DNA of 64,000 nt from the sequence record MT478991.1, one strand, 5' to 3'. The position numbers were made by a program, and so were the translations under genes. The DNA comes from Escherichia phage vB_EcoM_011D4. Below are positions 26,028 through 35,425 of this stretch, piece after piece. Under the pieces are notes generated by a model. That model made no database searches. It was not told the origin of the DNA and was given only the letters and a program-made list of their open reading frames with translations. How positions within the stretch are numbered: position 1 is the stretch's first letter; every line of letters begins with the position of its first letter.

Positions 26028-27419
26028 TCAAATATAGTCTACTCGATACCGCGCACGGGTAACACCCACATATAATAACTGCATTGCCAATTCAAAGTCA
26101 ACATTGTCTGTACACATACAAGGAGTATACAGGAACACGCGGTCTACGCTGATCCCTTGTGACTTATGAATGGTGCAAGCTGGTAATGCTTTTACATTCA
26201 AGAACATACGTTTCATCGTCCAGAAGGAATCCCAATCTGGTTTAAATTTTGGATTCTCTTTCTTCATTTCGCGATATTGTCCGGCGACCGTATTCAGATA
26301 GATAGAGAAAATGTTCTTCTGACGTTGTTCTGTCAGAATGTTGATTTCTACTAAATCCGGTTTATCTGTAGTGATTCCGACTGCATCTAAACCGACTTTC
26401 TGATTTAGGATTTCTTTGTCTTCGTCATCATCGACGCTTTCCACTTTCAGAGTATAGCCTAAAACTGGTTGCGGATCTACCCCCGTGCAACGTAATGTAA
26501 ATTCACGCGGTATAACCTCTTTAACCCGGATCATCTCACCATTGTTAAAAATAACATTGGGAATTTTCTTCCCGCGTTCATCTCGCAGATATTCGATCAA
26601 CGGTTCCTGAGTAACCAGAATTTCATCTACAATCACTGGTTCATCGGTGTTATAAACGCGCTTGCGCACAATTTCATTGAGTTTTTCGACGCTCTTGTTA
26701 GTGTAAGCCAGAATACGGTTTTCTAGAAGGTCTTCCGGCGTTTTAACGGTTTCGAAATAATGCTTCATAAACTCCGGCAGAGTTGAGCTATGGAATACAC
26801 CCTCGTTACCGCACTGCTTTTCGAATACCCATTTACCGTTACGGACAGCGGTCGCCACATCAATGATCGGTGCATTAGATCGTTTAATTTCTGTCAACTC
26901 CACGTTTTGAAAATTTTCATCCGTGAAGAAAGGAGAAATTGACGTTGCACCGCTCGGATCAACTGGTCGTAACTGGTGCGGATCGCCAACTGCAATAACA
27001 ACAATTCGACCGTTGATACTCTTCATGAGAATATCAAATAGTTTCTTATCGACCATACTCGCTTCATCAACAATGATGATCTGAACATCATCTAGCTTAG
27101 GAGTATCTTTTTGCTCAAATACTTGAGTATCTTCATAGTTGGTCGGGTTTAGTCGCAGTAGTGCATGTAAAGTAAATGCTTGACGACCTACCGCTTTACT
27201 CAAAACTTTTTTAGCCTGGTGGGTAGGCGTTGCCAAAACCACACCAGTTACACCACGGCGGACCATTTCCTGAACAATGAATTTCATCATTGCGGTTTTA
27301 CCAGTACCCGCCGCACCACGGACAGTTGTATGCTTCTTTTGTTCAATGCGTTTCATTAGAACATCAAAAGCATGTTTTTGCCCGTCTGTTAACATATCGA
27401 AAGTTAATACTCTGCTCAT
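26028..27419 (-). CDS. dda: Dda DNA helicase (SF1)
   Basis: Strong identity to T4 Dda (LT.GQK.AF...MK, GAAGTGKT, APTH.AKK.LSK, FTNKSV.KLN.I.RK, ALPA.T.HK.QG.SVDR.F.YTPC, LLYVGVTR.RY.V). Confidence 0.93.
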   Translation of the reverse strand: MSRVLTFDMLTDGQKHAFDVLMKRIEQKKHTTVRGAAGTGKTAMMKFIVQEMVRRGVTGVVLATPTHQAKKVLSKAVGRQAFTLHALLRLNPTNYEDTQVFEQKDTPKLDDVQIIIVDEASMVDKKLFDILMKSINGRIVVIAVGDPHQLRPVDPSGATSISPFFTDENFQNVELTEIKRSNAPIIDVATAVRNGKWVFEKQCGNEGVFHSSTLPEFMKHYFETVKTPEDLLENRILAYTNKSVEKLNEIVRKRVYNTDEPVIVDEILVTQEPLIEYLRDERGKKIPNVIFNNGEMIRVKEVIPREFTLRCTGVDPQPVLGYTLKVESVDDDEDKEILNQKVGLDAVGITTDKPDLVEINILTEQRQKNIFSIYLNTVAGQYREMKKENPKFKPDWDSFWTMKRMFLNVKALPACTIHKSQGISVDRVFLYTPCMCTDNVDFELAMQLLYVGVTRARYRVDYI

Positions 27420-27733
27420 TATCCTAAAATCCTCACCTTGCGAACACAGATAGTATTGAGTTCTCGCCGTACCCGTTCTTTTTCATATTCAGGAATTTTA
27501 TATTCGATACCATCCCGAACAATTTCAGAAGACCGGATTATGCCAAATTTTCGTTTAGGTACAACCTTGTATTTCGGTTCACCCGCCAATAGACTCTCAC
27601 AATAATCTATCTGATCACACATTGACGCTAACGCAGCATCATGTGTTTCGCAAGTTAGGACGCGACCCTTCGCGTCCACTGAGTATTGAAAGAATCCGTC
27701 TTTATCACGATAACATACAGCAAATACATGCAT
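27419..27733 (-). CDS. hypothetical protein (104 aa)
   Basis: ORF track; start/stop overlaps with neighbours. Confidence 0.5.
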   Translation of the reverse strand: MHVFAVCYRDKDGFFQYSVDAKGRVLTCETHDAALASMCDQIDYCESLLAGEPKYKVVPKRKFGIIRSSEIVRDGIEYKIPEYEKERVRRELNTICVRKVRILG

Positions 27734-28488
27734 TATAAACCTACCTTCGCTTTCATCAATTCAATCCACGACGCATCAATCGGAAGCCCGTATTTCACGC
27801 GTTCTTTTTGTGCTGGCGTTAAGTTCTCATACTTAGAAAGAGATTCAATCAAAACGCTGGTATATTTTAGCACGATTTCGGTATTGTTTGCAATAGCCTT
27901 AAGTTTTTCCTCTTTCTTGTTGATTTCGCTAAGGGCTTGCTTGAGATCTGCAATTTTCTGATAACGTTCTTCCATACGGAAGAGAGTATTTTTAATCGCT
28001 CGCTCGGCTGCCTCTGCTTTCTCCGGTTCGTTGTGCTTTTTATGGCGCTCGATTGCTAATTTCTTTTCTTCGATTGCCATTTCCTGATTTTTGATGCGAT
28101 TCTCGTTAAGTTCGATCCACTCGATGTACTTCGCACGTAGGGCAATTTCATCATCAGAAAGTTTACCGTTAGTTCCTAGTTCCTGGATCTCTTTAAGAGA
28201 TTCGATAGTGTGATTGCCACGGAAAGAATTGTATTTCAGTTTAACCGGAATTACATTGCCATCAACATATCCCAGATTGCAATCAATGCGCTCTAAGGAG
28301 AGTCCGTCATCACCTTCACCGAAAGCCTCACCTGAATATGCGCAATGAGTCTGACGGTAAATGTTACGCACAGTGACTAAGCTCATAGAGAAGTCTTTGT
28401 TGCGACGTGAAGCGCCAGCCATGATAGAGTTCAGACGGAAAACAACCAGCGCCAATTCTTCGTTAGATTTAAAAGCAAACAGTTTCAT
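27733..28488 (-). CDS. hypothetical protein with degenerate HNH-like motif and coiled-coil C-terminus (251 aa), at the T4 srd position
   Basis: HCAYSGE..(19)..LSLERIDCNLGYVDGNVIPVKLKYNSFRGNH resembles a zinc-finger HNH core with the catalytic His replaced; C-terminal half is E/K-rich helical. Confidence 0.5.
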   Translation of the reverse strand: MKLFAFKSNEELALVVFRLNSIMAGASRRNKDFSMSLVTVRNIYRQTHCAYSGEAFGEGDDGLSLERIDCNLGYVDGNVIPVKLKYNSFRGNHTIESLKEIQELGTNGKLSDDEIALRAKYIEWIELNENRIKNQEMAIEEKKLAIERHKKHNEPEKAEAAERAIKNTLFRMEERYQKIADLKQALSEINKKEEKLKAIANNTEIVLKYTSVLIESLSKYENLTPAQKERVKYGLPIDASWIELMKAKVGL

Positions 28489-28517
28489 AATTGATTCTCC
28501 TTAGTTGGTATGTGTGT

Positions 28518-28546
28518 ATTATTGTCTATCTGGTTTGTGCTGTCAA
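28518..28546 (-). promoter_or_regulatory. early promoter TTGACA-17-AATAAT
   Basis: -35 at 28546..28541; followed by AAGGAGAATCAATT ATG of 27733..28488. Confidence 0.45.
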
Positions 28547-28549
28547 CAC

Positions 28550-29053
28550 TTAAATTAAAGAAAATTTGTAAATCTCTATCAGATCGCCATTACACGCGTA
28601 AACTTCCTCGATCTCGTCAAGGATCATGGTCGTCCCTGTCTTGTATATGCACTCGCGCTCATCTGCCAACATAGCATACAAAGACAGTCGAGTAGTCGGA
28701 TTGTCATACTCTTTAGACACCACTCGGTCAATAGCATGTTCGTAATAATTCATGCAAGGCTTGGTAGGTTTTATTGCAATAATCTTTCCTGTTGCATAAA
28801 CATCGGTTGCAAAGTCCTCTGCTGTTGATTGCAGTGGCGTAAAGCTCATAGGACGCTCTACAACGAAAGAATCACCCACAATTAAGGTATCCAGCTTACG
28901 GCCTTCTCTTTTGCTCACACCGCGATACAAGGCTTCATGATGCACTAACCGCTCAGTCTTTTCGATCAATCCATTAAGGGTCGACATATCGATATTTTCT
29001 TTGGAGTTCATAACTTCATCAATGATGTTAAGTTCTTCTGGTGTAAATTGCAT
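28550..29053 (-). CDS. possible Mod-like mono-ADP-ribosyltransferase (167 aa)
   Basis: R (LYRGVS), S/T (QST) and E-x-E (ADERE) motifs in ART-like order; at the T4 modA/modB position just downstream of gene 56. Confidence 0.35.
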   Translation of the reverse strand: MQFTPEELNIIDEVMNSKENIDMSTLNGLIEKTERLVHHEALYRGVSKREGRKLDTLIVGDSFVVERPMSFTPLQSTAEDFATDVYATGKIIAIKPTKPCMNYYEHAIDRVVSKEYDNPTTRLSLYAMLADERECIYKTGTTMILDEIEEVYACNGDLIEIYKFSLI

Positions 29054-29062
29054 AATAAAAAA

Positions 29063-29115
29063 GCCTCCAATCTTTCGACGGGAGGCATAATAAAACCATT
29101 ATAGAGTAGTGTCAA
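29063..29115 (-). promoter_or_regulatory. early promoter TTGACA-17-TATTAT with leader hairpin GCCTCC/GGAGGC that includes the Shine-Dalgarno
   Basis: -35 at 29115..29110, -10 at 29092..29087; the 3' arm of the 6-bp hairpin is the GGAGG RBS of 28550..29053. Confidence 0.5.
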
Positions 29116-29122
29116 CTAATTT

Positions 29123-29647
29123 TTAGTAGCCGCGTTCTTGACGGGCGAAATTTTCAGCATTTTTCAGGTAGTACAGAATAAAGAGTTCTTGAGCGTCAAT
29201 ACCAAGCGGGATCATCTTTGACAGAATGAAGTGGACCGCGTCCACAAATTCAAATTTCACTTCAAGCTGATCTTCTGGTGACAGTTCAGAGAATTTACGC
29301 GCTCGCGCTTCCCCGTGGTTCTTTTTCCACATTTTCCAGATTGCACTTGCATCTTTACCATTGGACATTCCACCCAGCGATGTGTAAAGCTCTCGTGTTT
29401 CGTCTGCGATAGCGTCATCCATCCGTTGCATCCAATCCAGCATTTCACCGCAAGTCTCTAGCTTAGTTGGATTTGGGACCCAATCAAATTTTTCGGATAG
29501 TGCAACCTGCAAACCAGTTTGCATTTCTAGCATCACCTGAAACGGATCTTTACCTTCTGCAATCGCGTGATGATATGCGGCAATAGCCGCGTTAATATCT
29601 TTTTCGTTAACCAGACCAGCACAAGAATTAAATTCTGACATATTCAC
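29123..29647 (-). CDS. 56: dCTP/dUTP pyrophosphatase gp56-like
   Basis: Resembles T4 gp56 as recalled (KDPFQVML.MQ, KLET.G....WM, SPEDQLE.KFE.VD..HF.L, YYLKN.ENFARQ.RGY); adjacent to gene 61 as in T4. Confidence 0.7.
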   Translation of the reverse strand: MNMSEFNSCAGLVNEKDINAAIAAYHHAIAEGKDPFQVMLEMQTGLQVALSEKFDWVPNPTKLETCGEMLDWMQRMDDAIADETRELYTSLGGMSNGKDASAIWKMWKKNHGEARARKFSELSPEDQLEVKFEFVDAVHFILSKMIPLGIDAQELFILYYLKNAENFARQERGY

Positions 29648-29655
29648 CTCATTAA

Positions 29656-30684
29656 TTAAAATTTACAATATTTCATAAACCGCATTTTAGCCATCAGACC
29701 TTGTACGGTGTTCTCTTTGATATATTCCATGATCTGATCGCGGGTAGCACCCTCATCCTGAATCATGGCGTTAACGTCTTTAGAATGCCACGGGCAACGA
29801 TCCCATAATACAATCTTTTCCCCTGCATTGATAAACTTTTCCAGTCGGTGCATTGTATCGGCTGACCGTGGTTCGGCGTCAAGTACAAACACTCGCTGAT
29901 CAGGGAAAGGAATTTCATCTAATCCCAAAGTACCGCCAGTAATTGCACACCCGTTATCAATAAACAGGGAATCTATCGGACCCTCTAAGAAGTACACTGG
30001 CTTGCTCGGATCAGCACGTTCAAGACCATAGACCTTACTCGCTAACTCATGAGTTTTAATCGTCATATATTTGGTCTTTCCGTAATCCTTTCTCAATGCT
30101 CGCCCCTGAATGGATTCTATCTTGTTTTCGCGGTTAAAGATAGGAATCACTAAACGCGGTTCAGGTTGTGGATTCTTGAAGGTATCAGCTTTAATGTGAT
30201 TTGCTACCTTTTGCCATTCTCTCGTGAAATACAGAAGATCCCATTTATCGTGGGGAATGCAACGATCACTGACATACTTTATTATAGGATGATTAGCCGG
30301 AAGAGTATCTAATCTCTCGCAGAAAGGCAATGTTTGCACTTTCTTAATCTCCGGCTTTTCTACCTTTTTCAGTGGCTTGAACGTGGTGTTCTTGTGATCG
30401 CCTTGTTCCTTCCGTCGTTCCATAAGCCATTCCCTGAATAGGTCCGGCTTATATTGTTTAAGAAATTCACCTAACGGCTGATTGTAGTTACAGTTGAAAC
30501 AACCACAACGCAAACTATCCTTATAGGTATAGATACGGAATCGCGCTTGAGTATGATTTTTCTTTGAGTCACCGCAGATCGGACAACTACAGACCAGCGT
30601 AAATGAGCTAGTATGCAACCGTTTAAAATTTCGTTCGCCATATATGGCTTTTTCCGCTATTTCATAATCTGCGTAGTAAATCAT
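29656..30684 (-). CDS. 61: DNA primase gp61 (342 aa)
   Basis: Same length as T4 gp61; N-terminal zinc ribbon CSCPICGDSKKN...CGCFNCN and TOPRIM-type core. Confidence 0.92.
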   Translation of the reverse strand: MIYYADYEIAEKAIYGERNFKRLHTSSFTLVCSCPICGDSKKNHTQARFRIYTYKDSLRCGCFNCNYNQPLGEFLKQYKPDLFREWLMERRKEQGDHKNTTFKPLKKVEKPEIKKVQTLPFCERLDTLPANHPIIKYVSDRCIPHDKWDLLYFTREWQKVANHIKADTFKNPQPEPRLVIPIFNRENKIESIQGRALRKDYGKTKYMTIKTHELASKVYGLERADPSKPVYFLEGPIDSLFIDNGCAITGGTLGLDEIPFPDQRVFVLDAEPRSADTMHRLEKFINAGEKIVLWDRCPWHSKDVNAMIQDEGATRDQIMEYIKENTVQGLMAKMRFMKYCKF

Positions 30685-30693
30685 ATTAACCTC

Positions 30694-30897
30694 TTATAGC
30701 TCAAATTTCATGAAAGTTCCTACACTTTCATTTTCATTCTCTCCGTTTTCATCTAAGCCAAATTTGTAGACACTACCATCTGGCGATGTGTAAGAGAATA
30801 CACGAAAACGGCCTACCGGGTCAAGTTCTGTAAATTCATATTCTTTTCCGGCTTCAAAAAGTGCATATGTGCTTTTAAGACATTTCATCGTAATCAT
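30694..30897 (-). CDS. hypothetical protein (67 aa)
   Basis: ORF track; ATG overlaps the stop of the upstream small membrane ORF (ATGA). Confidence 0.5.
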   Translation of the reverse strand: MITMKCLKSTYALFEAGKEYEFTELDPVGRFRVFSYTSPDGSVYKFGLDENGENENESVGTFMKFEL

Positions 30898-31052
30898 TTA
30901 AGCGCCACCGACAACAGAATGAGAACTACACCAACATACATTGTGATCTCGGATAACTTTTCTGTTTTTGTTTTGTGTCCAGATAATCCGAAAACAACAA
31001 CACCGACAATAGCGGACAGCAAGCCAACGATAAACATGATGATACTAAGCAC
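30894..31052 (-). CDS. small membrane protein (47-52 aa, two predicted TM helices), missed by ORF track
   Basis: GTG at 31052 with AAGGAG RBS 7 nt upstream (or ATG at 31037); LSIIMFIVGLLSAIVGVVVFGL and ITMYVGVVLILLSVAL; stop overlaps next ATG. Confidence 0.4.
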   Translation of the reverse strand: MLSIIMFIVGLLSAIVGVVVFGLSGHKTKTEKLSEITMYVGVVLILLSVALK

Positions 31053-31221
31053 CGTCTTTCTCCTTTTTGCGTTTTTCTTTACCCGCTACACTAGGTCCAC
31101 GATTGGTAATAGATCCGCTCGTTTCACCTGCTGCGATCTTCTCAGGATTGCCGCCAGCATCGCCAGCGGTCATATCTTCTTTGAGTTTATTTTCTTCAAC
31201 AAACTGTTTAAAGCCAATCAT
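31045..31221 (-). CDS. small hydrophilic protein (58 aa), missed by ORF track
   Basis: ATG at 31221 overlaps the TGA of 31218..31595 (ATGA coupling). Confidence 0.4.
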   Translation of the reverse strand: MIGFKQFVEENKLKEDMTAGDAGGNPEKIAAGETSGSITNRGPSVAGKEKRKKEKDGA

Positions 31222-31595
31222 AGAATAATCTCTTTCAGTAAGTCAACAATCTGGTCTTTCGTCAGTTTATCCTGATTCTCTACAATCTTGATAACACAAG
31301 CGTTAACATCTTTTCGAGTCACGCGGGAGATCGTTTTAATCCGGTTAAATGGTTCGTAGAAATACACTGCTTCATTATAGAGAGCGGATACTTTACGACG
31401 CATTTGATCTTTATCTGACAAGAAAACAATTGCTGTTTTATGACCTTCTACACCCGCCACGTTATATAGTTCAGCAACACCCCAGCGACCGTTAGGTTCA
31501 ATCATTCCGGCGTGTTTACCGTCGATAAAAATAAGAATATCTCCGTTGAATGCGGTTTTGAATGCTACATCTTCCGGCGTAATCATATTTTTCAT
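31218..31595 (-). CDS. hypothetical protein (125 aa)
   Basis: ORF track; in the 61.x region between 41 and 61. Confidence 0.55.
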   Translation of the reverse strand: MKNMITPEDVAFKTAFNGDILIFIDGKHAGMIEPNGRWGVAELYNVAGVEGHKTAIVFLSDKDQMRRKVSALYNEAVYFYEPFNRIKTISRVTRKDVNACVIKIVENQDKLTKDQIVDLLKEIIL

Positions 31596-31625
31596 AATAT
31601 AGTCTCCTTAGAGTTTCATTATAGA

Positions 31626-32261
31626 TCAATCGAATGTAGAAAGCAACTGTTTTGTTTCTTTCAGTTGTCGTTCAAGATTTTTGCGTTTCTCTTTAAGTTG
31701 CATTTTAGCATTATTTCGCTCTCTTGTAACCTCTTTATCAATGCTCTTATTCCAGTTATCAATATCAGAATAAGTTGGCATACCCAATTCTAGACCTAAT
31801 GCGGTTGGATGCAGGGTAACAGTCCATAAACCGCTAATCTTCTTAAATAGGTCGGGGTGTAGTGTACTACCTACATCTTCCGGTGTCAACTCTTTTTCTT
31901 CTTTCAGTGGTGGGGTCTCGTCATATGGTTCCAGTGCATTTACTTTAATATCAGATACCTCATCAAAGAATCCGCGTACATCCGCAGGAAATACACAAGC
32001 AATTTCCCAACCGTGTTCACGCAGAGAAGTAATATTTTTCACACCCCCGCCATGTGTGATGATTGATGTGACATTGCCATCAAGGTCCACCGAATTTACG
32101 AGAAATGGCTTATCGTCTGTCAGATCATTATAAAACTGTGCTTCGGCTGTAGTCATCTCCAGAAACAGATCTCGGATCGGACGACCATCAGGTGCGTTAC
32201 CTTCCTTGAGAGTATAAAAGCGACTTACGATCCATTTTGGCGGTAAAGCATTAGCGATCAT
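31626..32261 (-). CDS. hypothetical protein (211 aa)
   Basis: ORF track. Confidence 0.55.
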   Translation of the reverse strand: MIANALPPKWIVSRFYTLKEGNAPDGRPIRDLFLEMTTAEAQFYNDLTDDKPFLVNSVDLDGNVTSIITHGGGVKNITSLREHGWEIACVFPADVRGFFDEVSDIKVNALEPYDETPPLKEEKELTPEDVGSTLHPDLFKKISGLWTVTLHPTALGLELGMPTYSDIDNWNKSIDKEVTRERNNAKMQLKEKRKNLERQLKETKQLLSTFD

Positions 32262-32311
32262 GTTATATCTCCTATCAAATCATTCACCAGCGCCCCGCAG
32301 GGCGCATTTTA

Positions 32312-33724
32312 TTAGAAAGTCATGTTATTTGCTAGCTCGTCGAGTTTTTCTCGTTTCTCGGCTTGCTGTGCGCTTTGTGGTTTAACTTGTGCATTCTCCT
32401 GATCTGCGATCTGGTTTGGTACTTCATACCACCGCTGATTGCCTTTTTTCACACCAACGTTAAACCGTGAATAATAGTTCTTATCACCGTAACGAGACTT
32501 GATCTGCTTCATGAGTTGGACGCCCATTTTAGCCAGGTCTTCGGTTTCGATAACACCCAACATAAAGTCGGCAGTAGCCGGAAGACCTGCTGATTCAGCG
32601 GTATCACTCATGTTAAGGTCTGACGCATCCCAACCAGCGCGGGTAGTCTGTGCCGCAGTCCAACCGACAACATCCCACTTAACAAAAAATCCTCGCAGTT
32701 CTTCCGCAATCGCCTTAACTAGTGTGTAACTATTCTCAGAGTATACACGCAAGCGAGACGATGCGCAAATCCCCAGATAGTCAACAATCACAACATCAGG
32801 TTTAAACTGTTTCTTGAGTCGCAATTCATTCATTAACGCCTCAAAGTGATTGGAGTTCGCGCCACCAGTAGGATACTGCTTGATCATCAATTTTCCAACC
32901 GGACGATCTCCGATCTTCTTATTCTTAACACGCTTCATGCGTGCGGAATATTCCGCAAAAGAAACATTACCATTATCCAATTCATCTAATGTAATGTCAA
33001 GCAAGTTTGCGTCGATACGTTTGGCTACGACATGCTCTGCCATCTCCATTGAGATATACAATACATCATAACCACATTCCATATAATCCGCAGCAAGAGA
33101 ACACAAGCCCAATGATTTGCCAACGTTTACACCAGCAAGCAACACATTTAGCGTTTTTCTTTCTGCCCCTCCTTTCGTGATTTTATTCAACATCGGCAGC
33201 TTAAACGGGATCTTATTCGCCTTAGTCTGATATAGCAAGAATCGTTTTTCAAAGTCATTAAACCAGTCATGACCTACATCAGAATCAAACGTAATGGATA
33301 GTGCTTCCTGCATGATCTCAGGAATAGCACCCTCACTCGGCAATTTCTTATTCTGTTTCTCTTTTGGTAGTTGTGCGTTCGCCTGAATCTCTAGCGCCCG
33401 TGACATTGCATTATACATAGCGCGGTCACGAATAAATTTTTCGGTTTCCTTCATTAACCAATCAAGGTCTTCCGGTGTATTCTCAAGCGAATCGAGAAGA
33501 GTTTTAGCCCCTTCATATGTTGTCTGATTGCCTCTCTCCTTGTCTAAAGCAATCTGTAATGCTGTTGGCGTAGGAATATTGGAATATTCGTCTACGTGCT
33601 TTTTAATCAGCTTATAAATCAGTTTTTCTTCGTCTTCGGTGAAGTAGTCCGCTTTAAGGTGAGGCCATACATTCGTAAAGAATGCGCTATTGTAAATCAA
33701 CTGTGAAAAGATAGTTTTAATCAT
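32312..33724 (-). CDS. 41: replicative DNA helicase gp41 (DnaB-like)
   Basis: Walker A GVNVGKS, RecA-like core, size 470 aa versus T4 475 aa; synteny. Confidence 0.92.
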   Translation of the reverse strand: MIKTIFSQLIYNSAFFTNVWPHLKADYFTEDEEKLIYKLIKKHVDEYSNIPTPTALQIALDKERGNQTTYEGAKTLLDSLENTPEDLDWLMKETEKFIRDRAMYNAMSRALEIQANAQLPKEKQNKKLPSEGAIPEIMQEALSITFDSDVGHDWFNDFEKRFLLYQTKANKIPFKLPMLNKITKGGAERKTLNVLLAGVNVGKSLGLCSLAADYMECGYDVLYISMEMAEHVVAKRIDANLLDITLDELDNGNVSFAEYSARMKRVKNKKIGDRPVGKLMIKQYPTGGANSNHFEALMNELRLKKQFKPDVVIVDYLGICASSRLRVYSENSYTLVKAIAEELRGFFVKWDVVGWTAAQTTRAGWDASDLNMSDTAESAGLPATADFMLGVIETEDLAKMGVQLMKQIKSRYGDKNYYSRFNVGVKKGNQRWYEVPNQIADQENAQVKPQSAQQAEKREKLDELANNMTF

Positions 33725-34038
33725 ACATAGCCCCCAACTACACGCATAACAAAGGTCTTGAGTTTATACCAGAAAGTTTCTTTTTTCAACTTTTCTTCTG
33801 CTTCTTTGATCTGCGCGGTTAACGCCTTAATGACGTGTGGATATACCACATCACGATCTGACGGCGTGGAGTAGTCGACCACAATACCTTTAGTGTCTGG
33901 ATCGTATTCAACATTATGAATATAGACAATATGATGTTCTCCCTCTTCATCAACAATTATCAGTTCCTGAATAACTGTCTTCATTGCTTCTTGAATCAAG
34001 CCGTGTGCTTCTTCTAAACTTGTTGGTTTCTTATCCAT
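33721..34038 (-). CDS. gp40-position protein (105 aa) with hydrophobic C-terminus
   Basis: Between uvsX and 41 as T4 gene 40; GAGAGGATTATATT ATG leader. Confidence 0.45.
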   Translation of the reverse strand: MDKKPTSLEEAHGLIQEAMKTVIQELIIVDEEGEHHIVYIHNVEYDPDTKGIVVDYSTPSDRDVVYPHVIKALTAQIKEAEEKLKKETFWYKLKTFVMRVVGGYV

Positions 34039-34057
34039 AATATAATCCTCTCTAGAT

Positions 34058-34083
34058 ATGAAAAAGGGGCATGTAGCCCCTTT
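34058..34083 (-). terminator. rho-independent terminator (AAAGGGGC-atgta-GCCCCTTT + TTTTT)
   Basis: 8-bp stem plus U-tract on the minus strand just after the uvsX stop. Confidence 0.65.
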
Positions 34084-34093
34084 ACTACCATTG

Positions 34094-35164
34094 TTATGCT
34101 AACATATCTTCGATTTCTTTGTCAACTGCTTCGTCGCTGATCACTTGTCCCAGCTTATAATGATCGTTGATTGCTTCGTTAAACTTATCGTTTGTCAGAA
34201 GTGGTTTCCAGAACTCAATACTATTGGTTTCTTTAGCACGGAACTTGCGTTCTTCGGTTTCCATCTCTCCGGTCTCAATATTCAGGATTGAACGAGAATA
34301 CCAGCCGTTTGACGGTTTCACTACCCAGCCTAACTCTACAGCCAACTCCAGCAAACCGGAATAAGGATCGATGCCACCGCTAAATGTTACGCTAATCGGG
34401 AACTTAGATTTTTCTTTAACGGTTCGTGATTTTTCCGCATTCAGGATAAAATCATAACCAGTAATTTCGGTTCCTTCTTTCTGCTGACGACGACCAATAA
34501 TGAAAACTTCATTGGCTGAATACATCGCGCCCGTACCGCCGGACATAACGGTCTTACTAAACATTTCTTGCGTTTCGTAAGTGTGGTTAATAGCGATGCA
34601 CGGGATATCATTCATAGTCAGATACGGCGTAACCATACGGAACAAGCCTTTAAGTGCTTTAGCTCGCGTCATATCCTGTGCGGATTTCTCATTAATCGCG
34701 TCTTCAACTTCTTTTTTACTTGCTAAGTTACCGATTGAGTCAATAAAGATGATCACTTTATCTTCACGGGTAATTTGCTCAAGCTGGTTCATGATTTCAA
34801 ATTTAAGTTCTTCGATGTTCTTGATTGGAACATGCACCACGCGATCAGGATCTACACCCATAGATTCAAGATAAGCGGGTGTAATACCGAACTCAGAATC
34901 AAAGAACAAACACGCCGCATCAGGATTCTGTTTCATGTATGCGCTAACGCAAGTTAATCCCATGTTTGATTTAAAGTGCTTAGATGGACCAGCAAAGAAA
35001 ATCAGACCAGATTGAAAGCCCTTTTTAAGATCACCTGAAAACGCAATATTCAGCATCGGGATCTTAGTGCGAGTATTTGTTTTTTCGTTAAAGAAGCTGG
35101 ATTTAGACAGTACCGCAGTAGTTTTCAGGGTAGAGTTCTTTTTCAGTTTTTCCAGTACAGACAT
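34094..35164 (-). CDS. uvsX: UvsX recombinase (RecA-like)
   Basis: Extensive identity to T4 UvsX (RTKIPM.NIA.SG, GPSK.FKSN.GLT, FYDSEFGITPAYL.SMGVDP.RV, AINHTYETQEMFSKTVM.GGTG.MYSA, KSRTVKEKSKF). Confidence 0.94.
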   Translation of the reverse strand: MSVLEKLKKNSTLKTTAVLSKSSFFNEKTNTRTKIPMLNIAFSGDLKKGFQSGLIFFAGPSKHFKSNMGLTCVSAYMKQNPDAACLFFDSEFGITPAYLESMGVDPDRVVHVPIKNIEELKFEIMNQLEQITREDKVIIFIDSIGNLASKKEVEDAINEKSAQDMTRAKALKGLFRMVTPYLTMNDIPCIAINHTYETQEMFSKTVMSGGTGAMYSANEVFIIGRRQQKEGTEITGYDFILNAEKSRTVKEKSKFPISVTFSGGIDPYSGLLELAVELGWVVKPSNGWYSRSILNIETGEMETEERKFRAKETNSIEFWKPLLTNDKFNEAINDHYKLGQVISDEAVDKEIEDMLA

Positions 35165-35175
35165 TATTAATACCT

Positions 35176-35403
35176 CTATTCAGTTAATCCGTAATACTTT
35201 AATTGCTTCATTGTTATTCGATCTTTGTAGTGCTCTTGAATTAACTTTTTCATCGCACCAACATCGATCGTCACAAATACTTCGTTGCTGTGATTTCCGT
35301 GAACTTTCTTGAAATGCTCTATGCCTTCCTCACGTTCACGTTTAATCTTTTCAATGTCTCTCATCGTATATTTCTCACGTTGGCGGGTATCGTCACCCAA
35401 CAC
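35176..35403 (-). CDS. hypothetical protein (about 62-75 aa)
   Basis: ORF track; the only ORF between uvsX and gene 43. Confidence 0.4.
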   Translation of the reverse strand: MLGDDTRQREKYTMRDIEKIKREREEGIEHFKKVHGNHSNEVFVTIDVGAMKKLIQEHYKDRITMKQLKYYGLTE

Positions 35404-35425
35404 CCGCCATTATACACACTTTATC

